Below are positions 18,978-29,042 of a stretch of DNA of 64,000 nt, piece by piece (within the stretch, counting starts at the first letter, position 1; every line of letters begins with the position of its first letter). Origin of the DNA: Gammaproteobacteria bacterium. Lineage in GTDB: Bacteria > Pseudomonadota > Gammaproteobacteria > Pseudomonadales > Porticoccaceae. The position numbers and the translations under genes were made by a program. The notes under the pieces are model-generated. The model did no database searches, had not been told where the DNA came from, and worked only from the letters and a program-made list of their open reading frames with translations. The stretch lies in contig JACPPB010000012.1 in the NCBI GenBank assembly GCA_016191205.1, positions 20,446 through 84,445 on the forward strand, written 5' to 3'.

Positions 18978-20096
18978 ACGGCCGCGGTGATCCGGTCCCT
19001 GGCCCGGTGCTTTCGGGTGCGCGTAGGAGTGGTGGTAGCTCGCTTTGGGGAAGGGTGCTTCGGCCTGGATGGCGGCGACGCCGCGCTGGTAGGCGGTGAT
19101 CAGCCGGTCTTCGGCGGCGTAGTCGAAAGGATCGGGATGGTTGGCGGCATCGGTGCCGGCAAGTGGATTGGCGAGATACCAGGCAGCGGTTTCCCGCAGG
19201 GCATCCTGCGCGGATACCCGGTCGCGGTAGCCGAGTTCGTGCCGGGCTTTGCTGTTGTCGAGCAGGCAGTGATTGCTGCCGCCCAGCATCCGGGTCAGGG
19301 GTTCGGCCGGTGTCGCGAGTTCTTCGGGCAGCGAGAAAATGTCCAGCGGCCGGCCGGCGCCGCGCGAGATCAGCTCGACCCACTGGCGTTGCGTGAACTG
19401 CTCGTCATCGGTGCAGTTGTACGCCTGGTTGCGGCTCGCTTCCGGGTGGTCGATGGCGAGCAACAGATATTCCGCCGCGTTGCGGGCGGCGCAGCGGCTG
19501 GTCAGGATCAGGCCGCCATTGGGCAGGATCATCGCGGGCCGGCCGTCGCGCACCCGGCGCACCACCGACCACTCCATGGGGGTGGGCTGGCGCGGTCCGT
19601 AGATGGCGGGGTAACGGAAATAGGCGGCGTTGAAGGCGCCGGCTTCACCCAGATCCAGCACATGACGCTCGGTGCGGTAGATCATGTGGGCAAAGCGGCT
19701 GCCGTCGGTGTCGCCCGGATAGTCGGACAGCGGAGCGGTTTCCCGCACCGGTACCGGCAGTCCCCAGGGGCGCTGTCCCTCGGGGTCCATCAGCCCGGCG
19801 TAGACCGGGATGCCTCCGACGCCGATAAAGCGCTCACACCGTTTGGAAAAGTAGTCCGCCAGATGCCGGATGCGGCCGTACATGGCCACCACCAGTTCGA
19901 ATTCCCGTCCATCGAGCGCCGCTGCGATGGTTTCCGGAAAGTGCGGATCGCCATGGATGTGTTCGACCTCCGGCAATCCCGGCGGTTCGTGGGTGCCGCG
20001 GTGGAAAATGGTGGTGTCGTAGCCGCGTTCGAGCAGCCCCTGTATCACATGGGGTCCGGTGGGTCCGGTGCCGCCGATTATCAGTGCCCGTTGCAT
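18975..20096 (-). CDS. NAD-dependent epimerase/dehydratase family protein
   Basis: ORF 18975..20237, start trimmed to MQRALIIGGTGPTGPHVIQGLLERGY (Rossmann GxxGxxG; cat 20094-20096). Confidence 0.75.
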   Translation of the reverse strand: MQRALIIGGTGPTGPHVIQGLLERGYDTTIFHRGTHEPPGLPEVEHIHGDPHFPETIAAALDGREFELVVAMYGRIRHLADYFSKRCERFIGVGGIPVYAGLMDPEGQRPWGLPVPVRETAPLSDYPGDTDGSRFAHMIYRTERHVLDLGEAGAFNAAYFRYPAIYGPRQPTPMEWSVVRRVRDGRPAMILPNGGLILTSRCAARNAAEYLLLAIDHPEASRNQAYNCTDDEQFTQRQWVELISRGAGRPLDIFSLPEELATPAEPLTRMLGGSNHCLLDNSKARHELGYRDRVSAQDALRETAAWYLANPLAGTDAANHPDPFDYAAEDRLITAYQRGVAAIQAEAPFPKASYHHSYAHPKAPGQGPDHRGR

Positions 20097-20121
20097 CGCT
20101 GCGCCTCTCCTGCCCGACAAC

Positions 20122-20997
20122 TCAGGTGTCGAAACGCCAGCCCTTGCCGTCGCTCCGGATATGGCCGGCGGTGGGGGTGGCAAAGTGGGTTCCCAATACC
20201 AGCGACGGCCGATTGCCGAAGCGCTGCATGAACGCACGGCGGGTCTGTTCGGCCTGCGCGCTGGAGCTGTCGGCCATGTCGATCCATTCCGGATGCGCCA
20301 TCTGGCAGGGATGGTGGAACATGTCGCCGGTGATCACCGCTTCCGCGCCCTTGGACTGGATCAGCACACTGACATGCCCAGGCGTGTGACCGGGGGTGGG
20401 GATCAGGCTGATTTCGTCGTTGACCTTGTGGTTGGTGTCCACCAGATCGACCAGACCGGCATTGATCACCGGCAGCAGCGCGTGCTCAAGGGTGTTGGCA
20501 CCATAGGGATCTTCGTGATCCTTCCAGAATTCCCATTCGGCCTTGTTGAACAGATAGCGGGCGTTGGCAAAGGTGGGGACCCATTTGCCGTCCACGGGAC
20601 GGGTGTTCCAGCCCACATGGTCGAAATGCAGGTGGGTGCACATCACGCGGTCGATGGATTCGGGCGCGAAACCCAGCTTGGCCATGTTCTCGATAAACGG
20701 CGTGTTCATGTTGTTCCACTCGGGGAACAGCGGCAGGTTTTTGCCATTGCCGGCGCAGGTGTCCACGATCATCCTGAGACCGCCGGCGCGAATCAGAAAC
20801 GCGTGGATGCTGAGGTACATGTTGCCGTTGGGGCCGATGAAGTTGGGCTTCATCCAGCTCGCGTAGGGCTCCAGCTCCGCCGCCGTGCGGCCGGGGAAGA
20901 GGGAGTTCAGCGGCGCATCCAGCACCACTTCGACCAGCCGGGTGATGGATACGTCGCCGATTTGCCAGGACAGTTGTTGGTAGAGTCGATCGCTCAT
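20122..20997 (-). CDS. MBL-fold metallo-hydrolase (lactonase-like)
   Basis: 291-aa ORF with the metallo-beta-lactamase motif CTHLHFDHVGWN and a downstream TPGHTPGH. Confidence 0.75.
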   Translation of the reverse strand: MSDRLYQQLSWQIGDVSITRLVEVVLDAPLNSLFPGRTAAELEPYASWMKPNFIGPNGNMYLSIHAFLIRAGGLRMIVDTCAGNGKNLPLFPEWNNMNTPFIENMAKLGFAPESIDRVMCTHLHFDHVGWNTRPVDGKWVPTFANARYLFNKAEWEFWKDHEDPYGANTLEHALLPVINAGLVDLVDTNHKVNDEISLIPTPGHTPGHVSVLIQSKGAEAVITGDMFHHPCQMAHPEWIDMADSSSAQAEQTRRAFMQRFGNRPSLVLGTHFATPTAGHIRSDGKGWRFDT

Positions 20998-21108
20998 GGT
21001 TACCCCTGTGTTTCGCTGTTGTTTATTGGTTGTCGTCTATTGGTACCGGGAACAATGGTGGCAATCTAGACCGGACGATCCGGGAGCTCAATCACTAATG
21101 CGATCCGG

Positions 21109-22254
21109 TTAAACGGGATTTCGCTCGATCAGTTGCCGCGCGATGATGATGCGCTGCATCTCGTTGGTGCCCTCGCCGATGATCATCAGGGGCGCATCGC
21201 GGTAGAGCCGCTCGGCGTCGAACTCGCAGGAATAGCCGTAGGCGCCGTGGATGCGCATGTTCTCGTCGGCATTTTTGGCCGCGGCTTCGGTGGCGAAATA
21301 TTTGGCCATGCCGGCTTCCATGTCGCAGCGTTCGCCGCGGTCGAAGGCTTGCGCGGCCTGTTCCACAAGGAGTCGCGCGGCTTCGACCCGGGTGGCCATC
21401 TCGCCGAGCTTGAGCTGGATCGCCTGATGCTCGCAGATCGGCTTGCCGAAAGTCTTGCGCTGCTGGGAATAGGCGACCGACTGCTTGAGCGCTGCGGTAG
21501 CAACTCCCACGCCGCGCGCCGCGACGTTGATGCGGCCGAGTTCGAGTCCGCCCACGGCGTTGTACAAGCCGCGACCCTCGATGCCGCCGATCAGACAATC
21601 CTTGTGAACCCGGTAATCCTCGAAGACGATTTCCGCCGTGTCGATGCCGCGATAGCCGAGTTTTTTCAGTTTGCGGGTGACGTTGAAGCCCGGACCCTTC
21701 TCGGCGATGAACATGCTCATGCCCTTGCGCGGCGGACTCGCCGTCGGATCGGTCTTGACCAGCAGCCCGATGCAGCCGCCCTCGATGGAATTGGTGATCC
21801 AGGTCTTGGTGCCGTTCACCACATAGTGGTCGCCGTCGCGCTTCGCGGCACAGCGGATGCCCTGCAGATCGGTGCCTGCGTCGGGTTCGGTGAGGCCGAT
21901 GCCGCCGCGCAATTCGCCGCTGGCAAAGCGCGGCAGGTATTTCTGTTTCTGTGCCTCGGTGCCATAGCTCTGTACGCACCGGGCCATGATGAGGTGGGAA
22001 TTGAAGATGCCGGACAGCGACATCCAGACTTCGGATACCAGCGCCACGATCTTGGCGTAGGTCGAAGCGCCGAGACCGAGTCCGCCATATTCCGGCGCGA
22101 TGGTGGCACCGAACAGTCCCAGTTCCTTCATCTGCGCCACCATCGCGTGAGGGTATTCGTCCGCTTGTTCGAGGTCGTGAGCGTAAGGCGCGACGTCGCG
22201 CTCCAGCCAGCGGCGAACGCTGTCGAGAATCAGGATTTCTTCTTCACTGGCCAT
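21109..22254 (-). CDS. Acyl-CoA dehydrogenase
   Basis: ORF 21109..22335, start trimmed to MASEEEILIL (cat 22252-22254). ACAD motifs are present: GLTEPDAGTD, VVNGTKTWITN, YRDAPLMIIGEGTNEMQR. Confidence 0.85.
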   Translation of the reverse strand: MASEEEILILDSVRRWLERDVAPYAHDLEQADEYPHAMVAQMKELGLFGATIAPEYGGLGLGASTYAKIVALVSEVWMSLSGIFNSHLIMARCVQSYGTEAQKQKYLPRFASGELRGGIGLTEPDAGTDLQGIRCAAKRDGDHYVVNGTKTWITNSIEGGCIGLLVKTDPTASPPRKGMSMFIAEKGPGFNVTRKLKKLGYRGIDTAEIVFEDYRVHKDCLIGGIEGRGLYNAVGGLELGRINVAARGVGVATAALKQSVAYSQQRKTFGKPICEHQAIQLKLGEMATRVEAARLLVEQAAQAFDRGERCDMEAGMAKYFATEAAAKNADENMRIHGAYGYSCEFDAERLYRDAPLMIIGEGTNEMQRIIIARQLIERNPV

Positions 22255-22306
22255 GGCGGATCTCGTCGGGAACAGGGGGTGGAAGCGCTCGCGGATGGAG
22301 CGCGAA

Positions 22307-22822
22307 TCAATAGTTGGCCTTGTCGTCCACGGCATGGCCGGTCTTGGGAATCAGCATGGTGCGGATGAAATCGCAGATCACCACCCCATGCTGATTCTTG
22401 CCGATGGTCTTTACGGTTACCAGACCCGCGGTGGGCCGACTCTTTGATTCGCGGATTTCCAGTACTTCCGATTCCGCGTACAGGGTATCGCCGACGAACA
22501 CCGGCGCCGGCATCCGGATTTCCTTCCAGCCCAGGTTGGCGATGGTTTTCTGGCTGACGTCGGAGACGCTCATGCCGGCGAGGACCGCGACGGTCATGGT
22601 GCTGTTGACCAGGATCTGGCCGAATTCGCTGTGCTTGGCGTATTCCTTGTCGAAATGCAGTGGGTGCTGGTTCATGGTGAGCAGGGTGAACCAGGTGTTG
22701 TCGGTCTCGGTGATGGTGCGCCCCGGTCGGTGTTCGTAGACATCGCCCACCTTGAAGTCTTCCAGATAACGACCGTAGGACTCGCGGTAACGCCCGGGGG
22801 CAATTTCGACGGATTTTGGCAT
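22307..22822 (-). CDS. MaoC-family (R)-specific enoyl-CoA hydratase/dehydratase
   Basis: Start trimmed to [10 protein letters not shown] (cat 22820-22822). Hotdog-hydratase features are present: [14 protein letters not shown]..., GQILVNS. Confidence 0.8.
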   Translation of the reverse strand: MPKSVEIAPGRYRESYGRYLEDFKVGDVYEHRPGRTITETDNTWFTLLTMNQHPLHFDKEYAKHSEFGQILVNSTMTVAVLAGMSVSDVSQKTIANLGWKEIRMPAPVFVGDTLYAESEVLEIRESKSRPTAGLVTVKTIGKNQHGVVICDFIRTMLIPKTGHAVDDKANY

Positions 22823-23003
22823 GGTTGTTGTCTCCAGGCGGGCACGAAGGGAAGCCACCTTAAGGGAGCCTTCCGGAAGCTGTCAATTTTGCGGGTCGGG
22901 CGGCGCGCCGTCTTGTCTTTATCCCCCGGGCCGGCTTACCTTGGCGTCCAGGCCAAAGCGGGATTCCGGCGGGCGGGTCAGCCGGCGCCGCCGTTCCCGA
23001 TAA

Positions 23004-23019
23004 CTGTATGCTTGTACAG
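23004..23019 (+). promoter_or_regulatory. LexA (SOS) box upstream of recA
   Basis: CTGTATGCTTGTACAG is an exact CTGT-N8-ACAG palindrome. It sits 65 nt upstream of the recA ATG. Confidence 0.8.
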
Positions 23020-23040
23020 TTGTTCGCTTTGGCCTAAGCT
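23012..23040 (+). promoter_or_regulatory. Candidate sigma-70 promoter of recA
   Basis: TTGTAC (23012-23017), a 17-nt spacer, then TAAGCT (23035-23040). The -35 element is embedded in the LexA box. This is a by-eye assignment only. Confidence 0.4.
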
Positions 23041-23083
23041 CACCACATCTTCATTGATGGCAACGCCAGACCGAGGTAACGCG

Positions 23084-24121
23084 ATGGATTCGAACAAGGA
23101 AAAAGCATTGCAGGCGGCCCTGAGCCAGATCGACAAGCAGTTCGGCAAGGGCACGGTGATGCGGATGGGTGACAAGGAGCATGTCGCAATTCCGAGTATT
23201 TCCACCGGTTCGCTCGGGCTCGACATTGCGCTCGGCATCGGCGGCCTGCCGCGCGGCCGCGTGGTCGAGATCTACGGCCCGGAATCCTCGGGCAAGACCA
23301 CGCTCACTCTGTCGGTGATTGCCCAGGCCCAGAAGCTGGGCGGCACCTGCGCGTTTATCGACGCCGAGCACGCGCTGGACCCGATCTATGCGGAGAAACT
23401 CGGGGTCAATATCGACGATCTGATCCTGTCCCAGCCCGATACCGGCGAGCAGGCGCTGGAAGTCACCGACATGCTGGTGCGCTCCGGCGCCATCGATGTG
23501 CTGGTGGTGGATTCGGTGGCGGCGCTGGTACCCCGCGCCGAGATCGAGGGCGAGATGGGCGATCATCACGTGGGCTTGCAGGCGCGGCTGATGTCGCAGG
23601 CGCTGCGCAAACTCACTGGCAACATCAAGAATTCCAACTGCCTGGTGATTTTCATCAACCAGATCCGGATGAAGATCGGCGTCATGTTCGGCAATCCGGA
23701 GACCACCACCGGGGGCAATGCGCTCAAGTTCTACGCCTCGGTGCGCCTCGATATCCGCCGCATCGGCGCGGTCAAGGAGGGCGAGGAGGTCGTCGGCAGC
23801 GAGACCCGCGTCAAGGTGGTCAAGAACAAGGTGTCACCGCCGTTCCGCCAGGCCGAATTCCAGATTCTCTACGGCTCCGGCATCAACCGCATGGGCGAGA
23901 TCATCGATCTGGGCGTCAAGTGCGGCCTGGTCGAAAAATCCGGCGCCTGGTATGCCTACCGCGGCGACAAGATCGGGCAGGGCAAGAGCAATGCCTGCGA
24001 TTACCTCCGCGAACATCCCGAGATCGCGACCGAGATCGATACCCAGCTGCGCGCCAAGTTGCTCGGTGGTGATTCTGCTGCCATCCCGGCGACCGCCGCA
24101 GCGGACGCGGAGTTCGAATAG
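23084..24121 (+). CDS. recA: Recombinase RecA
   Basis: [30 protein letters not shown]...[23 protein letters not shown] (Walker A), ...[37 protein letters not shown]. The ORF-track N-terminal extension from 22631 is discarded. Confidence 0.97.
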   Translation: MDSNKEKALQAALSQIDKQFGKGTVMRMGDKEHVAIPSISTGSLGLDIALGIGGLPRGRVVEIYGPESSGKTTLTLSVIAQAQKLGGTCAFIDAEHALDPIYAEKLGVNIDDLILSQPDTGEQALEVTDMLVRSGAIDVLVVDSVAALVPRAEIEGEMGDHHVGLQARLMSQALRKLTGNIKNSNCLVIFINQIRMKIGVMFGNPETTTGGNALKFYASVRLDIRRIGAVKEGEEVVGSETRVKVVKNKVSPPFRQAEFQILYGSGINRMGEIIDLGVKCGLVEKSGAWYAYRGDKIGQGKSNACDYLREHPEIATEIDTQLRAKLLGGDSAAIPATAAADAEFE

Positions 24122-24243
24122 GCGAAGCGCGGGGACGGTGTCTGCCGGGGGGAAGCCATGAGCAAGGGGGCGACCTGAACAGTACAGCGGATGGCGCCGG
24201 TACAGCCCCGATCGATCCGGCGCGGGCGCTGCGCGCAGCGGCG

Positions 24244-24684
24244 ATGCGGCAGCTGGCACGGCGCGAGCACAGCCGCGTCGAACTGGTCCGCAAGCTGTCC
24301 GTCGACTTTGCCGCGGAGGCCGTGCTGATCGAGCGGGTGCTCGATCAACTCGTCGCGGAAGGTTTGCAGAGCGATACCCGCTTCGCCGAGGCCTTCGTCG
24401 CGAGTCGGATTCGCCGTGGTCAGGGACCACAGCGCATTCGTCGCGAGTTGACCGAACGCGGTATCGATGTTGAGCTCATTCAGCACACGCTGACCACGGC
24501 AGAGGTGGACTGGTGTGCCCTGGCGCTGACCGTCAGCACCCAGAAATTTGGTCGCAAGTCCGCGGAGGCCTGGCCGGAGCGCGCGCGGCGGGCGCGGTTC
24601 CTTCAGTATCGCGGTTTCGGTGCCGACGAAATTCAGGCGATCCTGGCAGCACCGGCCGGCGCCGGGGACGTTGACGCCTTGTGA
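24244..24684 (+). CDS. recX: Recombination regulator RecX
   Basis: 146-aa ORF immediately downstream of recA. It has the RecX-like three-helix repeat pattern (REHSRVELVRKL, LQSDTRFAEAFVASRIRRGQGPQRIRREL, RFLQYRGF). An alternative upstream non-ATG start is possible. Confidence 0.8.
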   Translation: MRQLARREHSRVELVRKLSVDFAAEAVLIERVLDQLVAEGLQSDTRFAEAFVASRIRRGQGPQRIRRELTERGIDVELIQHTLTTAEVDWCALALTVSTQKFGRKSAEAWPERARRARFLQYRGFGADEIQAILAAPAGAGDVDAL

Positions 24685-24694
24685 GAGGTATCCG

Positions 24695-25567
24695 ATGAAT
24701 CGCTTCCGGCGGCTATTGTGCCGCCTGTTCGCCGGAGTCGTGCTGGCCGCTCCCGCCGCCGGAGCCGACGACGGCCTGGAATTTCAGGGCGTCTGGCGCC
24801 AGGGCGGCATGATCATCGGCCGGGTGGCGCCGATGGCCAGGGTGACCTTCGACCGCAAGTCCGTGCCGGTGTCTCCCGATGGCCACTTTGTGGTGGGTCT
24901 GGGGCGCGACGCCCCGGCGACCATGACCTTGATCGTCACCGATGCCATGGGACCGCGCCATTACCGCTTCGATGTCGAACGCCGCAGTTACGCGGTGCAG
25001 CGGGTGGACGGTGTGCCGGAGTCCACGGTCACTCCGCCCCCGGAGGTCATGGATCGCATTCGTCGCGAGCAGGAACTGGTGGACCGGGCGCGCGCGGTTG
25101 ATTCTCCCCGGCGCGACTTCCTGGCCGGTTTCAGCCGTCCCCTGGATGGACCCATCACGGGCGTGTACGGCAGCCTGCGCATCTACAACGGAGTGCCCAA
25201 AAACCCCCACTTTGGCCTGGATATCGCGGCGCCGACCGGTACCCTGGTGCGGGCGCCGGCGCCGGGGGTGGTGCGCCTCGCCCAGCCGGACCTGTATTTT
25301 TCGGGCGGTACGCTGATTGTCGACCACGGCCAGGGCCTGAGTTCATCCTTCATCCACCTGAGCGCGATCCTGGTGAAGGAAGGCGACGAACTCGCGCGCG
25401 GCGATCCCATTGCCCGTGTCGGCGCCACCGGGCGCGCGACGGGGCCGCATCTGGACTGGCGCATGAACTGGTTCGATGTCCGCCTCGACCCGGCGCTGGC
25501 GCTTCAGTATTTCCCTCCCGCTCCTCCCTCTGCCGGAGAGCGCACCGCGCTGCGCCTGCGGCCATAG
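24695..25567 (+). CDS. M23-family metallopeptidase (LytM/NlpD-like), secreted
   Basis: Start trimmed to [24 protein letters not shown] (signal peptide; ATG 24695). M23 motifs are present: [45 protein letters not shown]. Confidence 0.8.
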   Translation: MNRFRRLLCRLFAGVVLAAPAAGADDGLEFQGVWRQGGMIIGRVAPMARVTFDRKSVPVSPDGHFVVGLGRDAPATMTLIVTDAMGPRHYRFDVERRSYAVQRVDGVPESTVTPPPEVMDRIRREQELVDRARAVDSPRRDFLAGFSRPLDGPITGVYGSLRIYNGVPKNPHFGLDIAAPTGTLVRAPAPGVVRLAQPDLYFSGGTLIVDHGQGLSSSFIHLSAILVKEGDELARGDPIARVGATGRATGPHLDWRMNWFDVRLDPALALQYFPPAPPSAGERTALRLRP

Positions 25568-25595
25568 AGCCTGCGCATACTTTGCCGTAGAATCC

Positions 25596-25616
25596 CGCCG
25601 CATTGGTGCGGCGTTT
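25596..25616 (+). terminator. Weak candidate terminator after the M23 peptidase gene
   Basis: CGCCGCA-ttgg-TGCGGCG followed by only TTT. The stem is 7 bp. Confidence 0.3.
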
Positions 25617-25664
25617 CCGGCGGTGTGCGATCACCGGCGACGCCCGACTTCTGACAGGAATTCC

Positions 25665-25868
25665 GTGAACAAACAGTTGCTCAGTATCCTGGTCTGCCCG
25701 GTGACCAAGGCGCCGCTGGAATACGATGCGGAACACCAGGAATTGCTTTGCCGCGCGAGCGGCCTTGCCTATCCGATTCGCGATGGCATCCCGGTGATGC
25801 TGGAACGGGAAGCGCGCGTGCTGTCGGCAGAAGAACGGCAACCGGGAGGAGCGGGCGTGCGTTCCTGA
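25665..25868 (+). CDS. Trm112/YcaR-family small protein (UPF0434)
   Basis: The in-frame GTG at 25665 gives [51 protein letters not shown], the typical Trm112-like signature. The upstream part of ORF 25476..25868 is discarded. Confidence 0.65.
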   Translation: MNKQLLSILVCPVTKAPLEYDAEHQELLCRASGLAYPIRDGIPVMLEREARVLSAEERQPGGAGVRS

Positions 25869-25969
25869 CCGCGCCCGTCGCCCGGGCGAGCAGCTAACGG
25901 CAGCAGCAACAGGCTTTCAGCAGTCCGAAACGTTCAGCAGACCGAAAAAAGAGCGCCGGAGAGGAAACC

Positions 25970-26317
25970 ATGGCCGACAGTGTTTTTACGCGCATCATCA
26001 ACCGCGAATTGCCGTCCGAGATCATCTACGAGGACGAACATTGCATCGCGATCAGGGACATCGCGCCCAAGGCGCCCGTCCACCTGTTGATCATTCCGCG
26101 CAAACCGATCGCCAAACTCAGTGACGCGTCCGGAGAAGATCTGGCGCTGCTTGGACACCTGATGCTGGCGGCCAGCGCGGTGGCTCGCCAGGCCGGCGTC
26201 GAGGACGCGTTTCGGGTGATCGTCAACAACGGCGCCGGCGCCGGGCAGACGGTTTTTCACCTGCATCTGCACCTGCTCGCCGGCAAACAGTTTTCCGAAT
26301 CCCAGTTGGGATTCTGA
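25970..26317 (+). CDS. HIT-family (histidine triad) nucleotide-binding protein
   Basis: MADSVFTRIINRELPSEIIYEDEHCIAIRDIAPKAPVHLLIIPRK ... GQTVFHLHLHLL carries the HxHxHxx triad. Confidence 0.88.
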   Translation: MADSVFTRIINRELPSEIIYEDEHCIAIRDIAPKAPVHLLIIPRKPIAKLSDASGEDLALLGHLMLAASAVARQAGVEDAFRVIVNNGAGAGQTVFHLHLHLLAGKQFSESQLGF

Positions 26318-26356
26318 CCAAATTTTCTCGCGTTTCATCGATCCACGGAGTCCATT

Positions 26357-28957
26357 TTGAAGAGCGCTGACCTACGCCAGGCGTTTCTGGAATTCTTTGC
26401 GAGCAAGGATCATACGGTGGTGCCGAGCAGCAGTCTGGTGCCGGACAATGATCCCACGCTGCTGTTCACCAACGCCGGCATGGTGCAGTTCAAGGACGTT
26501 TTCCTGGGTGCGGAGCAGCGTCCCTACCAGCGCGCAGCGTCGGCGCAGCGTTGCGTGCGGGCCGGCGGCAAGCACAACGACCTCGAAAACGTCGGCTTCA
26601 CCGCCCGCCACCACACCTTCTTCGAGATGCTGGGCAATTTCAGCTTCGGGGACTATTTCAAGCGTGAAGCCATTGCCTATGCCTGGGAGTTCCTCACCGT
26701 GCGCCTCGGGCTGCCGGCGGAACGGCTGTGGGTCACGGTGCATGTTTCCGACGCCGAGGCGGCGGACATCTGGCTGCGCGAGATCGGTGTGAGTCCGGCG
26801 CGCTTCTCGCGCCTCGACGAAGACAACTTCTGGCAAATGGGCGACACCGGTCCCTGCGGCCCCTGTTCGGAGATTTTCTACGACCACGGCCCGGAAGTGC
26901 CCGGCGGTCCTCCCGGCAGCGAGGGCGGCGATCTCGACCGCTACATCGAGATCTGGAATCTGGTGTTCATGCAGTACGAGCGCGATACCCAGGGTCATCT
27001 GCGGCCGCTGCCGAAACCCTCGATCGACACCGGCATGGGTCTGGAGCGCATCGCGGCAGTCATGCAGGGCGTGCACACCAATTACGAGATCGATCTGTTC
27101 GCCAACCTGATCCGCGCGGCGGCGGCGGTTACCGGCGCGACCGACCTCGCGGAAAGTTCGCTGCGCGTCATCGCCGACCATATCCGTTCCTGCGCATTTC
27201 TGATCACCGACGGCGTGCTGCCCAGCAACGAAGGTCGGGGCTATGTGCTGCGGCGCATCATTCGCCGCGCACTGCGGCACGGGAACAAACTGGGCGCGAC
27301 CGAGCCTTTTTTTTACCGCCTGGTGACGCCGCTTGCCGCCGAGATGGGCGCTGCCTATCCCGAGCTTGCCGCGGCGGCCGAGCGGGTGGCGCGCGTACTG
27401 CGCGCTGAGGAGGAGCAGTTCGCCCGCACCCTGGATACCGGTCTGGGTGTGCTTGAAGCGGCGCTGGCCGATCTTTCCGGACGGGCAATCCCGGGTGCGC
27501 TGGTGTTTGCGCTCTACGACACCTACGGTTTTCCGGTCGATCTCACCAACGACATTGCCCGCGAGCGGGGCTACACCCTGGATATGCCGGGTTATGAGCG
27601 GGCGATGGCCGAACAGCGCCAGCGGGCGCGTCAGGCCAGCCGCTTTCATGTGGATTACACCGCTACGCCCGATATCGAAGGCACCACGCAGTTCATCGGT
27701 TACGACCAGCTTGCGGGCCAAAGCCGGGTCACCGCCCTGTTTCGCGGCGCCGAGGCGGTAGCGGAGCTGGCTGCCGGCGAGGAGGGCATCGCCGTGCTGG
27801 ACACCACGCCGTTTTACGGCGAGAGCGGCGGTCAGGTGGGGGATCGGGGCGAGCTCGTGAGCGCGCGCGGCCGCTTTGCCATCCGCGACTGCCGCAAGCA
27901 GGGCGACAACTGTCTTCATATCGGCACGATGGCGGAAGGTGTCATTGCGGTCGGGGACTTGCTGACCGCGCGCGTGGATCCTGCGGCGCGCGGCGCTACC
28001 GCGCGCCATCACTCGGCCACCCATCTGTTGCATGCGGCACTGCGGGAAGTCCTCGGCGAGCATGTGACGCAAAAAGGCTCGCTGGTGGATGCGGAGCGGG
28101 CGCGCTTTGATTTTTCTCACCCACAGGCGCTCGACCGCGACCAGCTTCTGGCCGTCGAACGCCGGGTGAATCGCGAAATTCTGGCCAACTCGGAGGTCCA
28201 GACCCGGCTGATGGCCATGGACGCCGCCCGCGAACAGGGCGCCATGGCGCTGTTCGGCGAAAAATATGGCGATGAGGTCAGGGTGCTCACCATGGGCGAC
28301 GGCTTCTCCCGGGAGTTGTGTGGCGGCACCCACGTGGCGCGTACCGGTGACATCGGCCTGTTCAAGATCGTCGCCGAATCCGGTATTGCCGCGGGCGTGC
28401 GCCGCATCGAAGCCATTGCCGGCACGGTAGCCGAGGCCTATGTCGAGGCGCTGGAAATGCGCCTCGCGCGCACCGCCGCCGTGCTGAAAGCCAGCCCGCC
28501 GACCATCGCCGACAAGGCCGGGCAACTGGTAGAACAGAACCGGCAGTTGGCCCGTGAGCTGGACGCGCTCAAGGTGCGGCTGGCCGGCGCCGGTGGCGGC
28601 GATCCCCTGGCGGAAGTGCGCCAGGTGGCCGGGATATCGGTGCTGGCGCGGTGCATCGAGGGCGGTGACGCGCGCAGCCTGCGCGATATCGTCGATCAGA
28701 TGAAATCGCGGCTCGGCAGCGGCGTCGTGCTGCTGGCTGCGGAAGAAGACGGAAAAGTCGTGCTGGTGGCCGGCGTGACCAAGGATCTCACCGGGCGCCT
28801 CAAGGCCGGCGATCTCATGCAGCATGTCGCGGCCCAGGTCGGCGGCAAGGGCGGCGGACGTCCCGATCTCGCCCAGGGCGGTGGACCTGATGTCGGTGCC
28901 CTTGCGGCCGCGCTGGATTCCGTTCCGGAGTGGATCGAACAGCGCCTCGGCGCGTGA
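26357..28957 (+). CDS. alaS: Alanine--tRNA ligase
   Basis: 866-aa ORF with a TTG start. Motifs present: [42 protein letters not shown], the editing-domain [11 protein letters not shown], and CGGTHV. Confidence 0.97.
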   Translation: MKSADLRQAFLEFFASKDHTVVPSSSLVPDNDPTLLFTNAGMVQFKDVFLGAEQRPYQRAASAQRCVRAGGKHNDLENVGFTARHHTFFEMLGNFSFGDYFKREAIAYAWEFLTVRLGLPAERLWVTVHVSDAEAADIWLREIGVSPARFSRLDEDNFWQMGDTGPCGPCSEIFYDHGPEVPGGPPGSEGGDLDRYIEIWNLVFMQYERDTQGHLRPLPKPSIDTGMGLERIAAVMQGVHTNYEIDLFANLIRAAAAVTGATDLAESSLRVIADHIRSCAFLITDGVLPSNEGRGYVLRRIIRRALRHGNKLGATEPFFYRLVTPLAAEMGAAYPELAAAAERVARVLRAEEEQFARTLDTGLGVLEAALADLSGRAIPGALVFALYDTYGFPVDLTNDIARERGYTLDMPGYERAMAEQRQRARQASRFHVDYTATPDIEGTTQFIGYDQLAGQSRVTALFRGAEAVAELAAGEEGIAVLDTTPFYGESGGQVGDRGELVSARGRFAIRDCRKQGDNCLHIGTMAEGVIAVGDLLTARVDPAARGATARHHSATHLLHAALREVLGEHVTQKGSLVDAERARFDFSHPQALDRDQLLAVERRVNREILANSEVQTRLMAMDAAREQGAMALFGEKYGDEVRVLTMGDGFSRELCGGTHVARTGDIGLFKIVAESGIAAGVRRIEAIAGTVAEAYVEALEMRLARTAAVLKASPPTIADKAGQLVEQNRQLARELDALKVRLAGAGGGDPLAEVRQVAGISVLARCIEGGDARSLRDIVDQMKSRLGSGVVLLAAEEDGKVVLVAGVTKDLTGRLKAGDLMQHVAAQVGGKGGGRPDLAQGGGPDVGALAAALDSVPEWIEQRLGA

Positions 28958-29042
28958 TCGACCGCCGGACCTATTCTGTTTCACCAGCGTTGGTGATAAA
29001 TTCCCGCGCCGCTTCCGGGCAAGGCCCCATCAGAAAACAGCC

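Noticed and set aside
20122-20997. The MBL-fold hydrolase as a possible quorum-quenching AHL lactonase or a beta-lactamase resistance gene.
   Set aside because: - Only the generic HxHxDH motif is visible.
- There is no signal peptide and no resistance or quorum-sensing context.
- The function cannot be narrowed from sequence alone.
26372-28984. An 870-aa antisense ORF spans the whole of alaS. Similar long antisense or out-of-frame ORFs lie opposite clpA (52371..54485), the kinases (7671..8879, 9040..10365), glcB (13379..14656), the ACAD (32996..34168), the LLM (36758..37939), the propeller (61881..63470), the TPR gene (3394..4356, 4089..5243) and many others.
   Set aside because: - Long stop-free frames on the opposite strand are expected in high-GC DNA.
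- Their translations are Arg/Ala/Gly/Pro-rich low-complexity sequence with no recognisable motifs.
- The sense-strand genes are unambiguous, so these are not evidence of overlapping genes.
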